DNA from: Bacteroidota bacterium
GTDB taxonomy: Bacteria > Bacteroidota > Bacteroidia > Bacteroidales > PWNQ01
Direction of reading: 5' to 3'
Assembly (NCBI GenBank): GCA_051748065.1
Contig: JBNJGZ010000003.1
Span: 1 to 38,504, forward strand
DNA: 38,504 nucleotides
Shown: positions 28,401 through 38,160 of the stretch, piece after piece
Numbering within the stretch: the first letter of the stretch is position 1
How the letters are laid out: each line of letters opens with the position of its first letter
The notes under the pieces: model-generated
Seen by the model: only the letters and a program-made list of their open reading frames with translations
Databases searched by the model: none
What the model was told of the DNA's origin: nothing
Position numbers and translations under genes: made by a program

Positions 28401-29027
28401 TTATTCTTTTTCTCCTGCGATTATTGATTTTTTTGGAGTAAGGTTCACTGCAAAATCCATTATAATTATTCCATTATTGATTTCATTAAGATGAATCCAA
28501 CCTACACAGTTATTCTTTTTTACTCCGATATAACTATCTTGCAAATCTTCACCTGGAGGATAATTATGACAACCACCACTAATTAGAATATTCCAATCAG
28601 AATCTCCGTTATTCTCTTTAAGCTCTATTTCTTCATCTTTTTTAAATATCCTACGTTGAGAAGATGATGGAATAAGCGAATCCCCACTATTTATGCCTTT
28701 AATTTCCAACATGCATGAGAAGAATTGATAATCTCCACACTTTGGATCATTACATGTGATTCGGGTATGCCCCACGGAAATTCTAAAATCATTTACGTTA
28801 TCGGAGTTGATATCGATTTCATAATCCATATTTTTATCAGAAGGATAGGGGATTTTAGATGTAATACAATAGGGGCCATTTGAAATATGTTTTATTGAAT
28901 CAATAGATACTAAACTAGTATCCGGAACAATATCCGTGTAAAGAATATCATCAACTTTTTCATTATCATCTTTGTCACAGCAGACAAATGAAAGTAATAG
29001 CAAACTAAGTAGAATTATTTTTTGCAT
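28401..29027 (-). CDS. Cys-rich lipoprotein of unknown function
   Basis: I chose the ATG at 29027, which gives MQKIILLSLLLLSFVCC, a lipoprotein signal with a lipobox Cys. The mature part has 8 further Cys and a C-terminal GWIHLNEINNGIIIMDFAVN strand pattern. The gene is very AT-rich. Confidence 0.6.
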   Translation of the reverse strand: MQKIILLSLLLLSFVCCDKDDNEKVDDILYTDIVPDTSLVSIDSIKHISNGPYCITSKIPYPSDKNMDYEIDINSDNVNDFRISVGHTRITCNDPKCGDYQFFSCMLEIKGINSGDSLIPSSSQRRIFKKDEEIELKENNGDSDWNILISGGCHNYPPGEDLQDSYIGVKKNNCVGWIHLNEINNGIIIMDFAVNLTPKKSIIAGEKE

Positions 29028-29046
29028 TTTCTTATGATTAATGGTT

Positions 29047-29067
29047 TGGTTTTTAAAGATAAGAAAA
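29047..29067 (-). promoter_or_regulatory. Shared promoter 21-mer, copy 1 (contains the -7-like TATCTTTA)
   Basis: The plus-strand sequence is TGGTTTT+TAAAGATAAGAAAA. On the minus strand TATCTTTA (29054-29061) lies 26 nt upstream of the ATG at 29027. Confidence 0.45.
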
Positions 29068-29145
29068 GAATTCACGGAACTGTATTATAGGTGTATTATT
29101 ATACTTGAATGTGTTCGTCATAGCTTATTATCTTCTGGTTGCCTT

Positions 29146-29796
29146 TTATTTGGTTATTTTGTAATTTAGATTTATCAATAATCCATAATTCATATTTCCT
29201 TCTGCAAAAAGGAATCCTCTGTTGAAAACACCAAGTTTTAAATCAAACATTTCATTTAATTCAAATCTATAGCCAATTTCTGATTTTAATCCCAGAGCAA
29301 AATGGTTGTTGCTATATTCCTTAGTTTCTCCGGTTCCTAGTTCTCTCTTTCCCTTTATTGCATAATTGAAATTCGGACCTATGTTAAAATAAAAACTGTT
29401 AAACAGTTTATAGAATTCTATGGGAATAGATAAATATGTATAATATATTTTATCTGTTCTGCTGGAAAATGCAGGATCACCTTTCTCAATTTTTTCAGTA
29501 TATCCATTGTCAATAAGGTAGAATCCTGATTTTATTCCATATGATTTGGAATCAGATAATAACAAATAGTCCATTCCAAAACTGTTACCCAAACGTGAAG
29601 AAAAATCATGAATCGTTGGCGGATATGTATCATGTTGGATATCTGAGAAAACCGAAGTTACGAGCGAAGGTTCATAAGTGATCCCAACATAATGTGTTTG
29701 GGATAAAACACCTTTTGTCGATAAAGTAAACAGAAGTATGAATAACACTAATTTTATGTTATACGATTTCTTAAATCTGGCGTAATAGTTTTTCAT
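29146..29796 (-). CDS. Outer-membrane beta-barrel protein (porin-family / PorT-like OMP_b-brl_2 type)
   Basis: I chose the ATG at 29796, which gives the signal peptide MKNYYARFKKSYNIKLVLFILLFTLSTKGVLSQ. The body has alternating beta-strand patterns (YLSIPIEFYKLF, FYFNIGPNFNYAI, FALGLKSEIGYRF). The upstream 38 codons of the track ORF overlap the predicted promoter. Confidence 0.6.
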   Translation of the reverse strand: MKNYYARFKKSYNIKLVLFILLFTLSTKGVLSQTHYVGITYEPSLVTSVFSDIQHDTYPPTIHDFSSRLGNSFGMDYLLLSDSKSYGIKSGFYLIDNGYTEKIEKGDPAFSSRTDKIYYTYLSIPIEFYKLFNSFYFNIGPNFNYAIKGKRELGTGETKEYSNNHFALGLKSEIGYRFELNEMFDLKLGVFNRGFLFAEGNMNYGLLINLNYKITK

Positions 29797-29866
29797 GATT
29801 TTTGGTTTTCTGTTAATGGTTTCAATTATTCCGCTGCATGTTCTATTTATGCACTTTGGACGGCTG

Positions 29867-29888
29867 TGGTTTTGTAAAGATAAGAAAA
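29867..29888 (-). promoter_or_regulatory. Shared promoter 21-mer, copy 2 (1-nt insertion relative to copy 1)
   Basis: The plus-strand sequence is TGGTTTT+G+TAAAGATAAGAAAA. The 7-nt and 14-nt blocks are identical to copy 1. Confidence 0.45.
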
Positions 29889-30071
29889 AATCAAAGTGTC
29901 TGAAAGTCAAAGGTAGATTTCTTTAAATATCCTTCAGGATTTGAATCTGTTGAATAACAAAAAAAAAGGCCAGACACTTGTTAGTCAGGTTATCCATTTC
30001 ACAGAGCGACAAGGAGACAGAAAATGAATAGTTGTTTTGATTGAGATTATTTGGTTAAGACAATGATTGCG

Positions 30072-30109
30072 AAAAACAAAAAAGACAGACCAAAACAGCC
30101 TGTCTTTTT
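30072..30109 (-). terminator. Rho-independent terminator downstream of the M16 peptidase gene
   Basis: There is a 9-bp stem, AAAAGACAG (30080-30088) with CTGTCTTTT (30100-30108), and an 11-nt loop. On the minus strand it is followed by a T-rich tract. Confidence 0.7.
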
Positions 30110-30184
30110 ATGTTGGTATAGGGGGTAGAGCGTGCTAAAAAACACGTAAAACCTAATATTATGTCATAGATAAAAATTCAGATG

Positions 30185-32992
30185 TTAATTGCTTTCCCCG
30201 GGAAGAAAGACCACATCCATTTTAACTTCGTCTTTAAAAATTTGTTTGGCAAAATCTGCAATTTCCTGTTTTGTGACGTTTTCAACCAGTTTATCCATTT
30301 CCGGTGAGTACTGGTAGATTCCTGTTTCCTGATAACTATTCATTATAGTTAACCAGTTGAAATTGTTTTTCAGGTTTTCGTTGCGTTCTTTTTTGTAAGC
30401 TTTCCGGAAATCTTCAACATAGTGATTTTCTACTTCGCCTTTACACAATTTATCAATTTCCTTATAGGCGGTGGCTTTAAGTTCATCAACGCGCCCGGGA
30501 TCGCATTCGAATTTTATGCTGTAGGAGTATTCTTCAACAGGTTCATTGCTGATATATCCATAGGTGCGTACTCCATAGGTGCCCCCTTGCTCTTCGCGCA
30601 CGGTTTCTGTAAATCGCCGGTCGAGTATGTTTGAAATAGCGTTTATAAGGGTGTTGTTGCGGGTATTGTGTTTCATTTTGTTGTGATATTCGATTTGCAC
30701 GGTAGCTTTGGGCGTTTTCATTGGTATTTTGATCGTTTTCTCAACGGGATGTTTACTAAGGCGCATGCCTAAATCTTTATATTCTTCCTTTTTACCGGCG
30801 GAAGGAATGGATGCGAGGTATTTTTTCAGCATAGTTTTCAGTTGATCGCGCTCAAAGTTGCCTACCAATAACAAAGTAAAATCCTCCGGGTTACCATATC
30901 GTTCTTTGTATAACTCCAACAGTTGATTGTTGTATTCAACTGCCTGATAATCTTCCCAGGTAAGGGGTTTTGCATTTTCGTCATAGTTATAACGTATGGC
31001 ATGAAGGCTATCTCTTATAACGGTTCCGGGGTTATTTAACCGGTTTTTATAATACCTTTCCCGTGAAGCCAGATATTTGTTATAGCCCTCTTTGTTGAGT
31101 GCGGGACTAGTAAATTTTAAATGATACATTTTAAAATTGTCTTCGAGATATTTAATCGTGGACAGTCCCATGAAAGACTCCTCATACAAGCTGACACCTC
31201 CGAAATCATAGAGTTTTTTTCCGTCCATATACCTGTCGACCTGTGTTTGGTTAAAACCAGCCAGGCCACTTTCATTAACGGCACCGTAAGCAAACTGTAA
31301 AGTTGCTTTTTGGTCTTTATCGTATAGTGACTGTCCGCCATTGGAAAAGAAGCGAAATGCATATTGATCTTCTTTAAAGTCAGCAAATTTCACATATACT
31401 TCCATGCCATTAGAAAGCGTCCATTTTTCGCATTCAGGTTCACTGATCTTTTCGGTTTTTATAATGCTGCCGGGGTCGGGCGTTTCAGCCATAAGATCGT
31501 CAATGCTGACTTCCGGCTGATAAGGTTTATATTTTTTTGCCTGAGCTTTTGTCAGTGTTTCTGCAAGTTTTTCCCGGGTGGGGAGTTTCGCGTTATCCGG
31601 ACCGGAAAGTGTGATTACCCTGTTGTTTTCTTTCATCAGCCCGTGGATGGATTGCTCCACTTCACTGAGAGAGATATCTTCGAGATGTTCTTCGTAAAAG
31701 GCTTTTCGGATTTCGGGTGACATGATTGCCGTTTCCTTTTTGAAGGCATTTACAACTGAATAACAGTGTCTTCGGCTTTCACGGGTGTCTTTTTCACTGA
31801 CACTACGTTCTGCATTTCTCATCATAACTTCCTTTCTTTCATTCAGTTCCGATTGTGTGAAACCATGTTGCAGTGCCCTGAACATCTCTTCGAGTGTGAT
31901 TTGCATTGAACTCAAAATCTTGTTTTCGTTGGGATAGGCATACATTAAAAGGGCAGATTTTTCGGGCTTGATATTATAATAAGACCAGCCCCCGAAGGTC
32001 ATGGGTTGATCTTCTTCTCTGTTTCTTTTATCAATTCGCTGCCTGATGATACTAAAAGCCATGTTGCGCACAACATCTTCGCGATAATCTGCAAAGGTTT
32101 TTTTGGGCTCCATAGGTTCATCTTTGAAATACATCCGTAAGCTTATCCTGCTGGCCTCTTTATCGGTATGGATGGCATAACGTGTTTCTTTGTGATCAGG
32201 GATATCCTGTTCTACTCGTGGTTTTTTATCCTTTTTAGATTCCAGGTCGCCGAATACCTGCTTAATTTTCTTTTCGGTAGTTTCGGGGTCGATATCACCG
32301 ATGGCTATGATAGCCTGCAAGTCCGGGCGGTACCAGGTGTTGAAAAAGTCGCGCAAACGTTGTGGCGGAATGCTGTCAATAATATTAATATCACCGATTA
32401 CATTGTGTTCGGCATATTTTGAATTTTTGTACACTTTTTTGTTGATGCTGTCCCGGATACGGGAAAATGAGGAGTTGCGGGAACGCCATTCTTCATGGAT
32501 TACGCCGCGCTCTTTATCAATTTCCTCATCAAGGTAAGATACATTGGAAGCCCAGTCTTTGAGAATATGCAAAGACGTGTCAATGTAAGCCTCATCTTCC
32601 ACAGGGATCTTGGTCAATGTATACACGGTTTCGTTGTAGTTCGTCCAGGCATTGATGTCCGGCCCGAACTCCATGCCAATGCTTTGGAGGAAGTTTATGA
32701 CATCCTTGTCGGGGAAGTTTTCGGTACCGTTAAAAGCCATGTGTTCACAGAAATGGGCCATCCCGTTTTGATCGGGCTCTTCCTGCATGGCGCCGGCATG
32801 AACTACCAGCCAGAGTTCGGTCCGGTTTTCGGGTTTTTCATTGTGTTTGATGTAATAAGTCAACCCATTGTCGAGCTGATCAACACGGTACGATTGGTCG
32901 AATGGAATTTCATCCGACAATCCGATTTTCTCCTGGGCAAAAGCAAAGCTGCAAAATGCCAGAATGAAGGATAGAATGATTAATTTTTTCAT
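30185..32992 (-). CDS. M16-family (pitrilysin/insulinase-like) zinc metallopeptidase, secreted
   Basis: It has the signal peptide MKKLIILSFILAFCSFAFAQ and the inverted zinc motif HFCEHMAFNGT (HxxEH). At 935 aa it is consistent with fused active and inactive M16 halves. Confidence 0.88.
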   Translation of the reverse strand: MKKLIILSFILAFCSFAFAQEKIGLSDEIPFDQSYRVDQLDNGLTYYIKHNEKPENRTELWLVVHAGAMQEEPDQNGMAHFCEHMAFNGTENFPDKDVINFLQSIGMEFGPDINAWTNYNETVYTLTKIPVEDEAYIDTSLHILKDWASNVSYLDEEIDKERGVIHEEWRSRNSSFSRIRDSINKKVYKNSKYAEHNVIGDINIIDSIPPQRLRDFFNTWYRPDLQAIIAIGDIDPETTEKKIKQVFGDLESKKDKKPRVEQDIPDHKETRYAIHTDKEASRISLRMYFKDEPMEPKKTFADYREDVVRNMAFSIIRQRIDKRNREEDQPMTFGGWSYYNIKPEKSALLMYAYPNENKILSSMQITLEEMFRALQHGFTQSELNERKEVMMRNAERSVSEKDTRESRRHCYSVVNAFKKETAIMSPEIRKAFYEEHLEDISLSEVEQSIHGLMKENNRVITLSGPDNAKLPTREKLAETLTKAQAKKYKPYQPEVSIDDLMAETPDPGSIIKTEKISEPECEKWTLSNGMEVYVKFADFKEDQYAFRFFSNGGQSLYDKDQKATLQFAYGAVNESGLAGFNQTQVDRYMDGKKLYDFGGVSLYEESFMGLSTIKYLEDNFKMYHLKFTSPALNKEGYNKYLASRERYYKNRLNNPGTVIRDSLHAIRYNYDENAKPLTWEDYQAVEYNNQLLELYKERYGNPEDFTLLLVGNFERDQLKTMLKKYLASIPSAGKKEEYKDLGMRLSKHPVEKTIKIPMKTPKATVQIEYHNKMKHNTRNNTLINAISNILDRRFTETVREEQGGTYGVRTYGYISNEPVEEYSYSIKFECDPGRVDELKATAYKEIDKLCKGEVENHYVEDFRKAYKKERNENLKNNFNWLTIMNSYQETGIYQYSPEMDKLVENVTKQEIADFAKQIFKDEVKMDVVFLPGESN

Positions 32993-33180
32993 AAAAATTA
33001 GGGTTTGTTAAAAAATACATCATAAAAGTAAAAATAATTTTTTTAAAAACAAAATGAAAAACTGAAAACCAGGAATCTTTAATTGCTATTAACGGGACAG
33101 GAAATACTTTTTTGGTCAAAACTTATGCTGTATTAACATTTTGTTAAAATATTTTACAGCTCATATTAAGAGAATAATAA

Positions 33181-33188
33181 TATTTTTG
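33181..33188 (+). promoter_or_regulatory. Candidate -7 box TATTTTTG upstream of the AbgT-family gene
   Basis: It matches TAnnTTTG exactly, 44 nt upstream of the ATG at 33232. No well-spaced -33 TTG was seen. Confidence 0.35.
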
Positions 33189-33231
33189 GTTCGTAAAATT
33201 TTCTTATTAACGTAAGCAGAAAATAGATAAG

Positions 33232-34797
33232 ATGAGTAAAGCGACAAAAGAAAAACATGCCGCTTCAGAAGAGAATAATGAAGTAGAATCCGCCAAAGGT
33301 TTTTTGCGTTGGATTGAAATAATTGGAAATAAATTACCACATCCTTTTTGGTTATTTGTATGGATTTGTGTCTTTATTGTAGTTATAAGCGGGATTACAG
33401 CATATTTTAATGTAGAAGCCATACAGCCCGGCACGGGCGAAAATATTACTGCCCGCAATTTGTTGTCGGGAGAAGGTTTGCGTTGGTTTGTGGAGAATCT
33501 GGTTACAAATTTTGCACATTTTGCACCGTTAGGATTAGTACTTGTGATGTTAATGGGTGTATCTGTTGCGGAACAATCCGGACTTTTAACGGTAGTTATG
33601 CGCCGGATAACTTATGCAACTCCAAAAAAAGTAATTTTCCCTGTTATTTTTATGATAGGAGCTATGGGGAATATAGGTTCGGATGCCGGTGTAGTTGTTG
33701 TCCCGCCCATTGCAGCGATAATATTTATGCAGATGGGGTATCATCCTATAGCCGGTCTGGTTGCAGGATATGCCGGGGCAACAGCAGGGTTTACAGCTAA
33801 TATTGTGATTGCAGGAACCGATGTATTATTGGCGGGTATCAGCACACAAATAACCCAAGCTATGAATCCCCCTATGGAAGTTAGCGCCACAGCGAACTGG
33901 TACTTTATGATTGCCTCTACTTTAATGTTGGGTCTCGGGGGTGCTTTTATCGTTCGAAGGTTTACTATTCCACGAACAAAACATTTTGCCGGGATGGATA
34001 AAGTGGCTGATTTTGCACAACAAGATAAAGCACTGAGTCCGGAAGAAAGAAAGGGACTTAAAAATGCTGGTATTTCAGTGTTGATTTATCTTGTCTTTAT
34101 TGCGTTATTGGTTGTCCCTCCGGGAGCTCCTTTGCGTAATCCTGAAACCGGTGGTATTGTTCCTTCCCCATTTTTGCGGGGATTAGTGCCTGTGCTTTTC
34201 TTTTTATTTGCTATTCCCGGCTATTTTTATGGAAAAGCAACAGGTGTAGTCAAGAAAAAAGATGATATTTTAAAATTTATGGAGCAGGGCATGAAAAACC
34301 TATCGGGTTATATCGTGCTTATGCTTGTTGTAGCCCAATTTGTAGAGCTTTTTTCCAGATCAAATCTGGACTCCATACTGGCAATACAAGGAGCTAACTT
34401 TTTAGAGGCTACAGGTCTGACAGGTATATTGTTGTTTGTTTTGTTTATTATCTTAATTGCTTTCTTAAATATCTTTTTGGGTAGTGGTTCGGCTAAATGG
34501 GCCATTTTTGCACCTGTTTTCATTCCTATGCTGGCGCAATTAGGCTATAGCCCTGCTTTTGTGCAATTGATGTATCGCGTGGGAGACTCTATTACGAACT
34601 GTGTATCTCCGCTATACGTGTACTTTCCTCTCATTCTGGGCTGGATCCATCAATATGATAAAAGACTCAAGATAGGAACGATTATTTCTCTGCTCGTCCC
34701 GTATGCAATTGTATTGTTAATTATGTGGATATTACTTATCTTTATCTGGTATATTTTTAATATTCCTATTGGTGTAGGAGAGTTTATTTATATGTAA
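33232..34797 (+). CDS. AbgT-family transporter (p-aminobenzoyl-glutamate / antimetabolite efflux family)
   Basis: It is a 521-aa polytopic membrane protein. The N-terminal FLRWIEIIGNKLPHPFWLFV and the glycine-rich helices (MIGAMGNIGSDAGVVVVPP) match my recollection of AbgT/MtrF proteins. Confidence 0.7.
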   Translation: MSKATKEKHAASEENNEVESAKGFLRWIEIIGNKLPHPFWLFVWICVFIVVISGITAYFNVEAIQPGTGENITARNLLSGEGLRWFVENLVTNFAHFAPLGLVLVMLMGVSVAEQSGLLTVVMRRITYATPKKVIFPVIFMIGAMGNIGSDAGVVVVPPIAAIIFMQMGYHPIAGLVAGYAGATAGFTANIVIAGTDVLLAGISTQITQAMNPPMEVSATANWYFMIASTLMLGLGGAFIVRRFTIPRTKHFAGMDKVADFAQQDKALSPEERKGLKNAGISVLIYLVFIALLVVPPGAPLRNPETGGIVPSPFLRGLVPVLFFLFAIPGYFYGKATGVVKKKDDILKFMEQGMKNLSGYIVLMLVVAQFVELFSRSNLDSILAIQGANFLEATGLTGILLFVLFIILIAFLNIFLGSGSAKWAIFAPVFIPMLAQLGYSPAFVQLMYRVGDSITNCVSPLYVYFPLILGWIHQYDKRLKIGTIISLLVPYAIVLLIMWILLIFIWYIFNIPIGVGEFIYM

Positions 34798-35101
34798 CTC
34801 AAGAGAAATATTTCAGCAAGCCATTTTAATGCTGATAATAATCCCGGTAAATGCGGGGCAGGCTTTGATCTTGAACATTCTGAACAAAACCGACTTTAGA
34901 GACAAACTCAATAATGCGGACCAAAGAAAGAAAGCACCAAGCTTTGCGATTCATTCTTAAAAAAGCCTTTAGTATAGCGAACACATGCAATTGTGTATTA
35001 AACAATAAATCCGGTTGAAATTTCTCCTGCTATCACATTTCATCCAGGTTGATTAATAAAAATGTCAACGGGAAAAGCGGGACAGGCAAAGAAATCCGAA
35101 C

Positions 35102-35147
35102 AAAAAAGGAGCAAAAGCACCTCGCTCTCGCTCAATACTCTTGCTCC
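35102..35147 (-). terminator. Probable terminator downstream of tRNA-Leu
   Basis: On the minus strand GGAGCAAGAG pairs with CTTTTGCTCC (10 bp with 1 mismatch) and is followed by TTTTTTG. The loop is large (about 20 nt), so confidence is moderate. Confidence 0.45.
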
Positions 35148-35157
35148 TTACTGTTTG

Positions 35158-35243
35158 TACCCGGAGCGGGACTTGAACCCGCACAGCCATTAAAGGCCAA
35201 GGGATTTTAAGTCCCTCGTGTCTACCAATTCCACCACCCGGGC
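35158..35243 (-). tRNA. tRNA-Leu (anticodon UAA), type II with a long variable arm
   Basis: I folded the reverse complement GCCCGGGTGGTGGAATTGGTAGACACGAGGGACTTAAAATCCCTTGGCCTTTAATGGCTGTGCGGGTTCAAGTCCCGCTCCGGGTA by hand. It gives a 7-bp acceptor stem (2 G-U pairs), a D stem GTG/CAC, an anticodon stem AGGGA/TCCCT with loop CTTAAAA, and a T arm GCGGG-TTCAAGT-CCCGC. No CCA is encoded. Confidence 0.9.
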
Positions 35244-35301
35244 AAAATAATTTAAGAACTTAAATAACAGACCATTCAATAGTGCCCTTGTGTGTTTACC
35301 A

Positions 35302-35333
35302 TCCCGATAGCTATCGGGACCACCACCCGGGCA
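35302..35333 (-). repeat. Orphan copy of the tRNA-Leu 5' end (14 nt) fused to a perfect 18-nt palindrome
   Basis: CCACCACCCGGGCA at 35320-35333 is identical to 35231-44 (tRNA-Leu nt 1-13 plus 1 flanking nt). It is immediately followed on the minus strand by TCCCGATAGCTATCGGGA (35302-35319). No T arm or 3' acceptor strand is present, so it is not a tRNA. Confidence 0.7.
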
Positions 35334-35337
35334 GATA

Positions 35338-35371
35338 GAAAAAAACCTCTTTTTGCTTTAAGAGGTTTTTT
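35338..35371 (-). terminator. Terminator hairpin downstream of tRNA-Gly (symmetrical, potentially bidirectional)
   Basis: There is an 11-bp perfect stem, AAAAACCTCTT (35341-35351) with AAGAGGTTTTT (35360-35370), and an 8-nt loop. A/T runs lie on both sides. Confidence 0.75.
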
Positions 35372-35375
35372 GATG

Positions 35376-35448
<73 letters not shown>

Positions 35449-35532
35449 TTTTCAATTGCGGATGCAAATATAAAAATATTTTTCCATAGCGGCAAAATAT
35501 TTTTGAAATAAAAAAGAAAAAAATCAATCTTT

Positions 35533-38160
35533 TTATTTTGCTTTTAGCAATCGTTTGATTTCGTTGAGTTTCATGAGTGCTTCAACGGGCGTAAGGGTGT
35601 CAATATTTGTATTCAGGATATCTTCTTTTATTTGTTCCAGCAGGGGATCGTCTAACTGAATAAAGCTAAGTTGCATGTTTTCATCTTTCTGCGATGTTGA
35701 AGGTAAGCTGTTTTCCCAGTCATCATTGCTGTGGTTTTGTTCTAATTTGCTCAATATCTCGGCAGCGCGGTCAAGGGCATTTTTGGGCATTCCGGCCATT
35801 CTGGCCACTTGTATACCAAAACTATGCTCAGAACCGCCTTCCTTCAGTTTTCTGAGGAAAATAATTTCATTATTAATTTCTTTTACTGCGATATGATAAT
35901 TTTTTATCCGGCTTAGCGAGCGCTTCATCTCGTTGAGCTCGTGATAATGCGTGGCAAAAAGTGTTTTGGGTTTAAACAGGGGATGCTCGTGCAGAAATTC
36001 CGCAATGGCCCATGCAATAGATATTCCGTCATAAGTAGCTGTTCCTCTGCCGATCTCATCCAGTAAAATCAGGCTGCGGTTGGAAATATTATTCAGGATG
36101 CTTGCTGTTTCATTCATTTCCACCATGAATGTTGATTCGCCTGACGAGATATTGTCTGAGGCGCCCACGCGCGTAAAAATTTTATCTACAATACCAATTT
36201 GAGCCTGATCGGCAGGTACAAAACTACCCATTTGTCCGAGTAAAACGATTAATGCGGTTTGGCGGAGCAGAGCCGATTTTCCGGACATGTTCGGGCCCGT
36301 AAGGATGATGATTTGTTGTTTTTTGTCATCCAGATAGACATCATTAGCCACATATTCTTCTTCTAAGGGCAATTCTTTTTCAATAACGGGATGCCTGCCG
36401 TTTTTTATATCCAGGTCGAATGAGTCGTTTATCCCGGGGCGCACATAGCTGTTTTCAGCAGCTACTTCACTAAACGATAATAAGCAATCCAACTCTGCCA
36501 TCAGTGTTGCATTATGTTGGATTGGTTTGATGTAAGCCGATACTTTTTCTACCAGCTCATTGTATATTTGGTTTTCCAACTCTCCGATGCGGTCCTCAGC
36601 TCCCAGTATCTTTTGTTCATATTCCTTCAGTTCCTCCGTTATATATCTTTCCGAATTTACCAGCGTTTGTTTTCGTTGCCATTCCGCAGGTACTTTGTTT
36701 TTATGGGTGTTGGTTACTTCAAGGTAGTAACCGAAAACACTGTTGAATCCTATCTTCAGTGAAGGTATATCATGTTTTTCGATTTCTTTTTGCTTCATCT
36801 CTTCCAGATAATTTCTATCGGAACCCAGAAGCTTCCGCAGCTGATCCAGCTCATCGTTGTAGCCGTCGGCGATTACATTTCCTTTGGATAATAAGGCCGG
36901 CGGGTCTTCCTTTAGCGAGTCTTCCAGTAGTCCGGAAATACTGGAGCAAGGGTTTAGTTGTTCACCAATGCGTGTCAGTGCCGGTTGTTGGGTTTCCAGA
37001 CAAGCTTTTTTTAATGGCTCTGTAGCTTTCAGGGCTTTGCCGATTTGTTGGAGTTCCCTGGGATTGACTTTGCGAATGGCAACCTTTGAAATTAAACGTT
37101 CCAAATCCCCGGTGTTTTTCAGACTGGGTTTTATGACAGATTTAATTTCTTCATGCTGCATTAAGTACTCCACCACATCATGCCGCTCTTTGATCCTGGT
37201 TTTATCTTTTAAAGGCAAAACAATCCACCGTTTGAGCATACGCGAGCCCATCGGACTAATCGTCTGATCAATAACATCGAGAAGGGTTGTGGCATTTTCA
37301 TTGGGGCTGTAAATCAATTCCAGATTACGGATCGTGAAGTGGTCAAGCCAGATGTATTCATCTTCTTCGATTCTGTTAATCCTTGAAATATGACTTACTT
37401 TTTCGTGATGTGTTTCCGAAAGGTAATGCAAGGCTGCTCCAGAGGCGATGATACCTTTTTCGTATGCCTGCACGCCAAAGCCTTTTAAGGAAGTTGTCTC
37501 AAAATGCTTTAGCAGGAGATCATGGCTGAAATCATAAGTAAACACCCAATCATCAAAGGTGGTGATAAAATAATGGTTGCCAAATTTTTCCGTAAAATCA
37601 CCTCTTTTATTTTTCTGAAGGATGACTTCGCTGGGCTTAAAACTTTGCAGCAGTTTATCGATGTAATCATTCGAACCTTCAGCCAGGAAGAACTCTCCTG
37701 TTGAGATGTCTAAAAAGGATATTCCCGAAATTTTATTTTCGTAATGAACGGCAGCTAAAAAATTATTGCTTTTATTTTCCAGGACATTGTCGTTTGTGGC
37801 TACACCCGGCGTTACTAGCTCCGTTATGCCACGTTTAACAACAGTTTTGGCGAGCTTTGGGTCTTCCAGTTGGTCGCAGATAGCAACGCGTTCTCCGGCC
37901 CGCACAAGTTTAGGCAGATAGGTTTCCAAAGCGTGATGCGGAAAACCTGCAAGATCAATATATGAAGCTGAACCGTTGGCGCGTTTGGTTAATACTATAC
38001 CTAAAATATTGGCTGTTCGTTTGGCATCATCACCAAAAGTTTCATAAAAGTCACCTACACGAAACAGCAACAAAGCATCCGGGTATTTGGATTTGATTTT
38101 GTTATACTGCTTCATGAGCGGTGTTTCGTTGCCTTTATTTTTTTGCCCCACAGTGCTCAT
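35533..38160 (-). CDS. mutS: DNA mismatch repair protein MutS
   Basis: It has the N-terminal mismatch-binding block TPLMKQY...[12 protein letters not shown], Walker [22 protein letters not shown], and ATHYHEL. It is 875 aa. Confidence 0.96.
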   Translation of the reverse strand: MSTVGQKNKGNETPLMKQYNKIKSKYPDALLLFRVGDFYETFGDDAKRTANILGIVLTKRANGSASYIDLAGFPHHALETYLPKLVRAGERVAICDQLEDPKLAKTVVKRGITELVTPGVATNDNVLENKSNNFLAAVHYENKISGISFLDISTGEFFLAEGSNDYIDKLLQSFKPSEVILQKNKRGDFTEKFGNHYFITTFDDWVFTYDFSHDLLLKHFETTSLKGFGVQAYEKGIIASGAALHYLSETHHEKVSHISRINRIEEDEYIWLDHFTIRNLELIYSPNENATTLLDVIDQTISPMGSRMLKRWIVLPLKDKTRIKERHDVVEYLMQHEEIKSVIKPSLKNTGDLERLISKVAIRKVNPRELQQIGKALKATEPLKKACLETQQPALTRIGEQLNPCSSISGLLEDSLKEDPPALLSKGNVIADGYNDELDQLRKLLGSDRNYLEEMKQKEIEKHDIPSLKIGFNSVFGYYLEVTNTHKNKVPAEWQRKQTLVNSERYITEELKEYEQKILGAEDRIGELENQIYNELVEKVSAYIKPIQHNATLMAELDCLLSFSEVAAENSYVRPGINDSFDLDIKNGRHPVIEKELPLEEEYVANDVYLDDKKQQIIILTGPNMSGKSALLRQTALIVLLGQMGSFVPADQAQIGIVDKIFTRVGASDNISSGESTFMVEMNETASILNNISNRSLILLDEIGRGTATYDGISIAWAIAEFLHEHPLFKPKTLFATHYHELNEMKRSLSRIKNYHIAVKEINNEIIFLRKLKEGGSEHSFGIQVARMAGMPKNALDRAAEILSKLEQNHSNDDWENSLPSTSQKDENMQLSFIQLDDPLLEQIKEDILNTNIDTLTPVEALMKLNEIKRLLKAK

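Noticed and set aside
33207-33458. An 83-aa minus-strand ORF overlapping the AbgT start.
   Set aside because: It is antisense to the conserved N-terminus of the transporter and looks like a shadow ORF.
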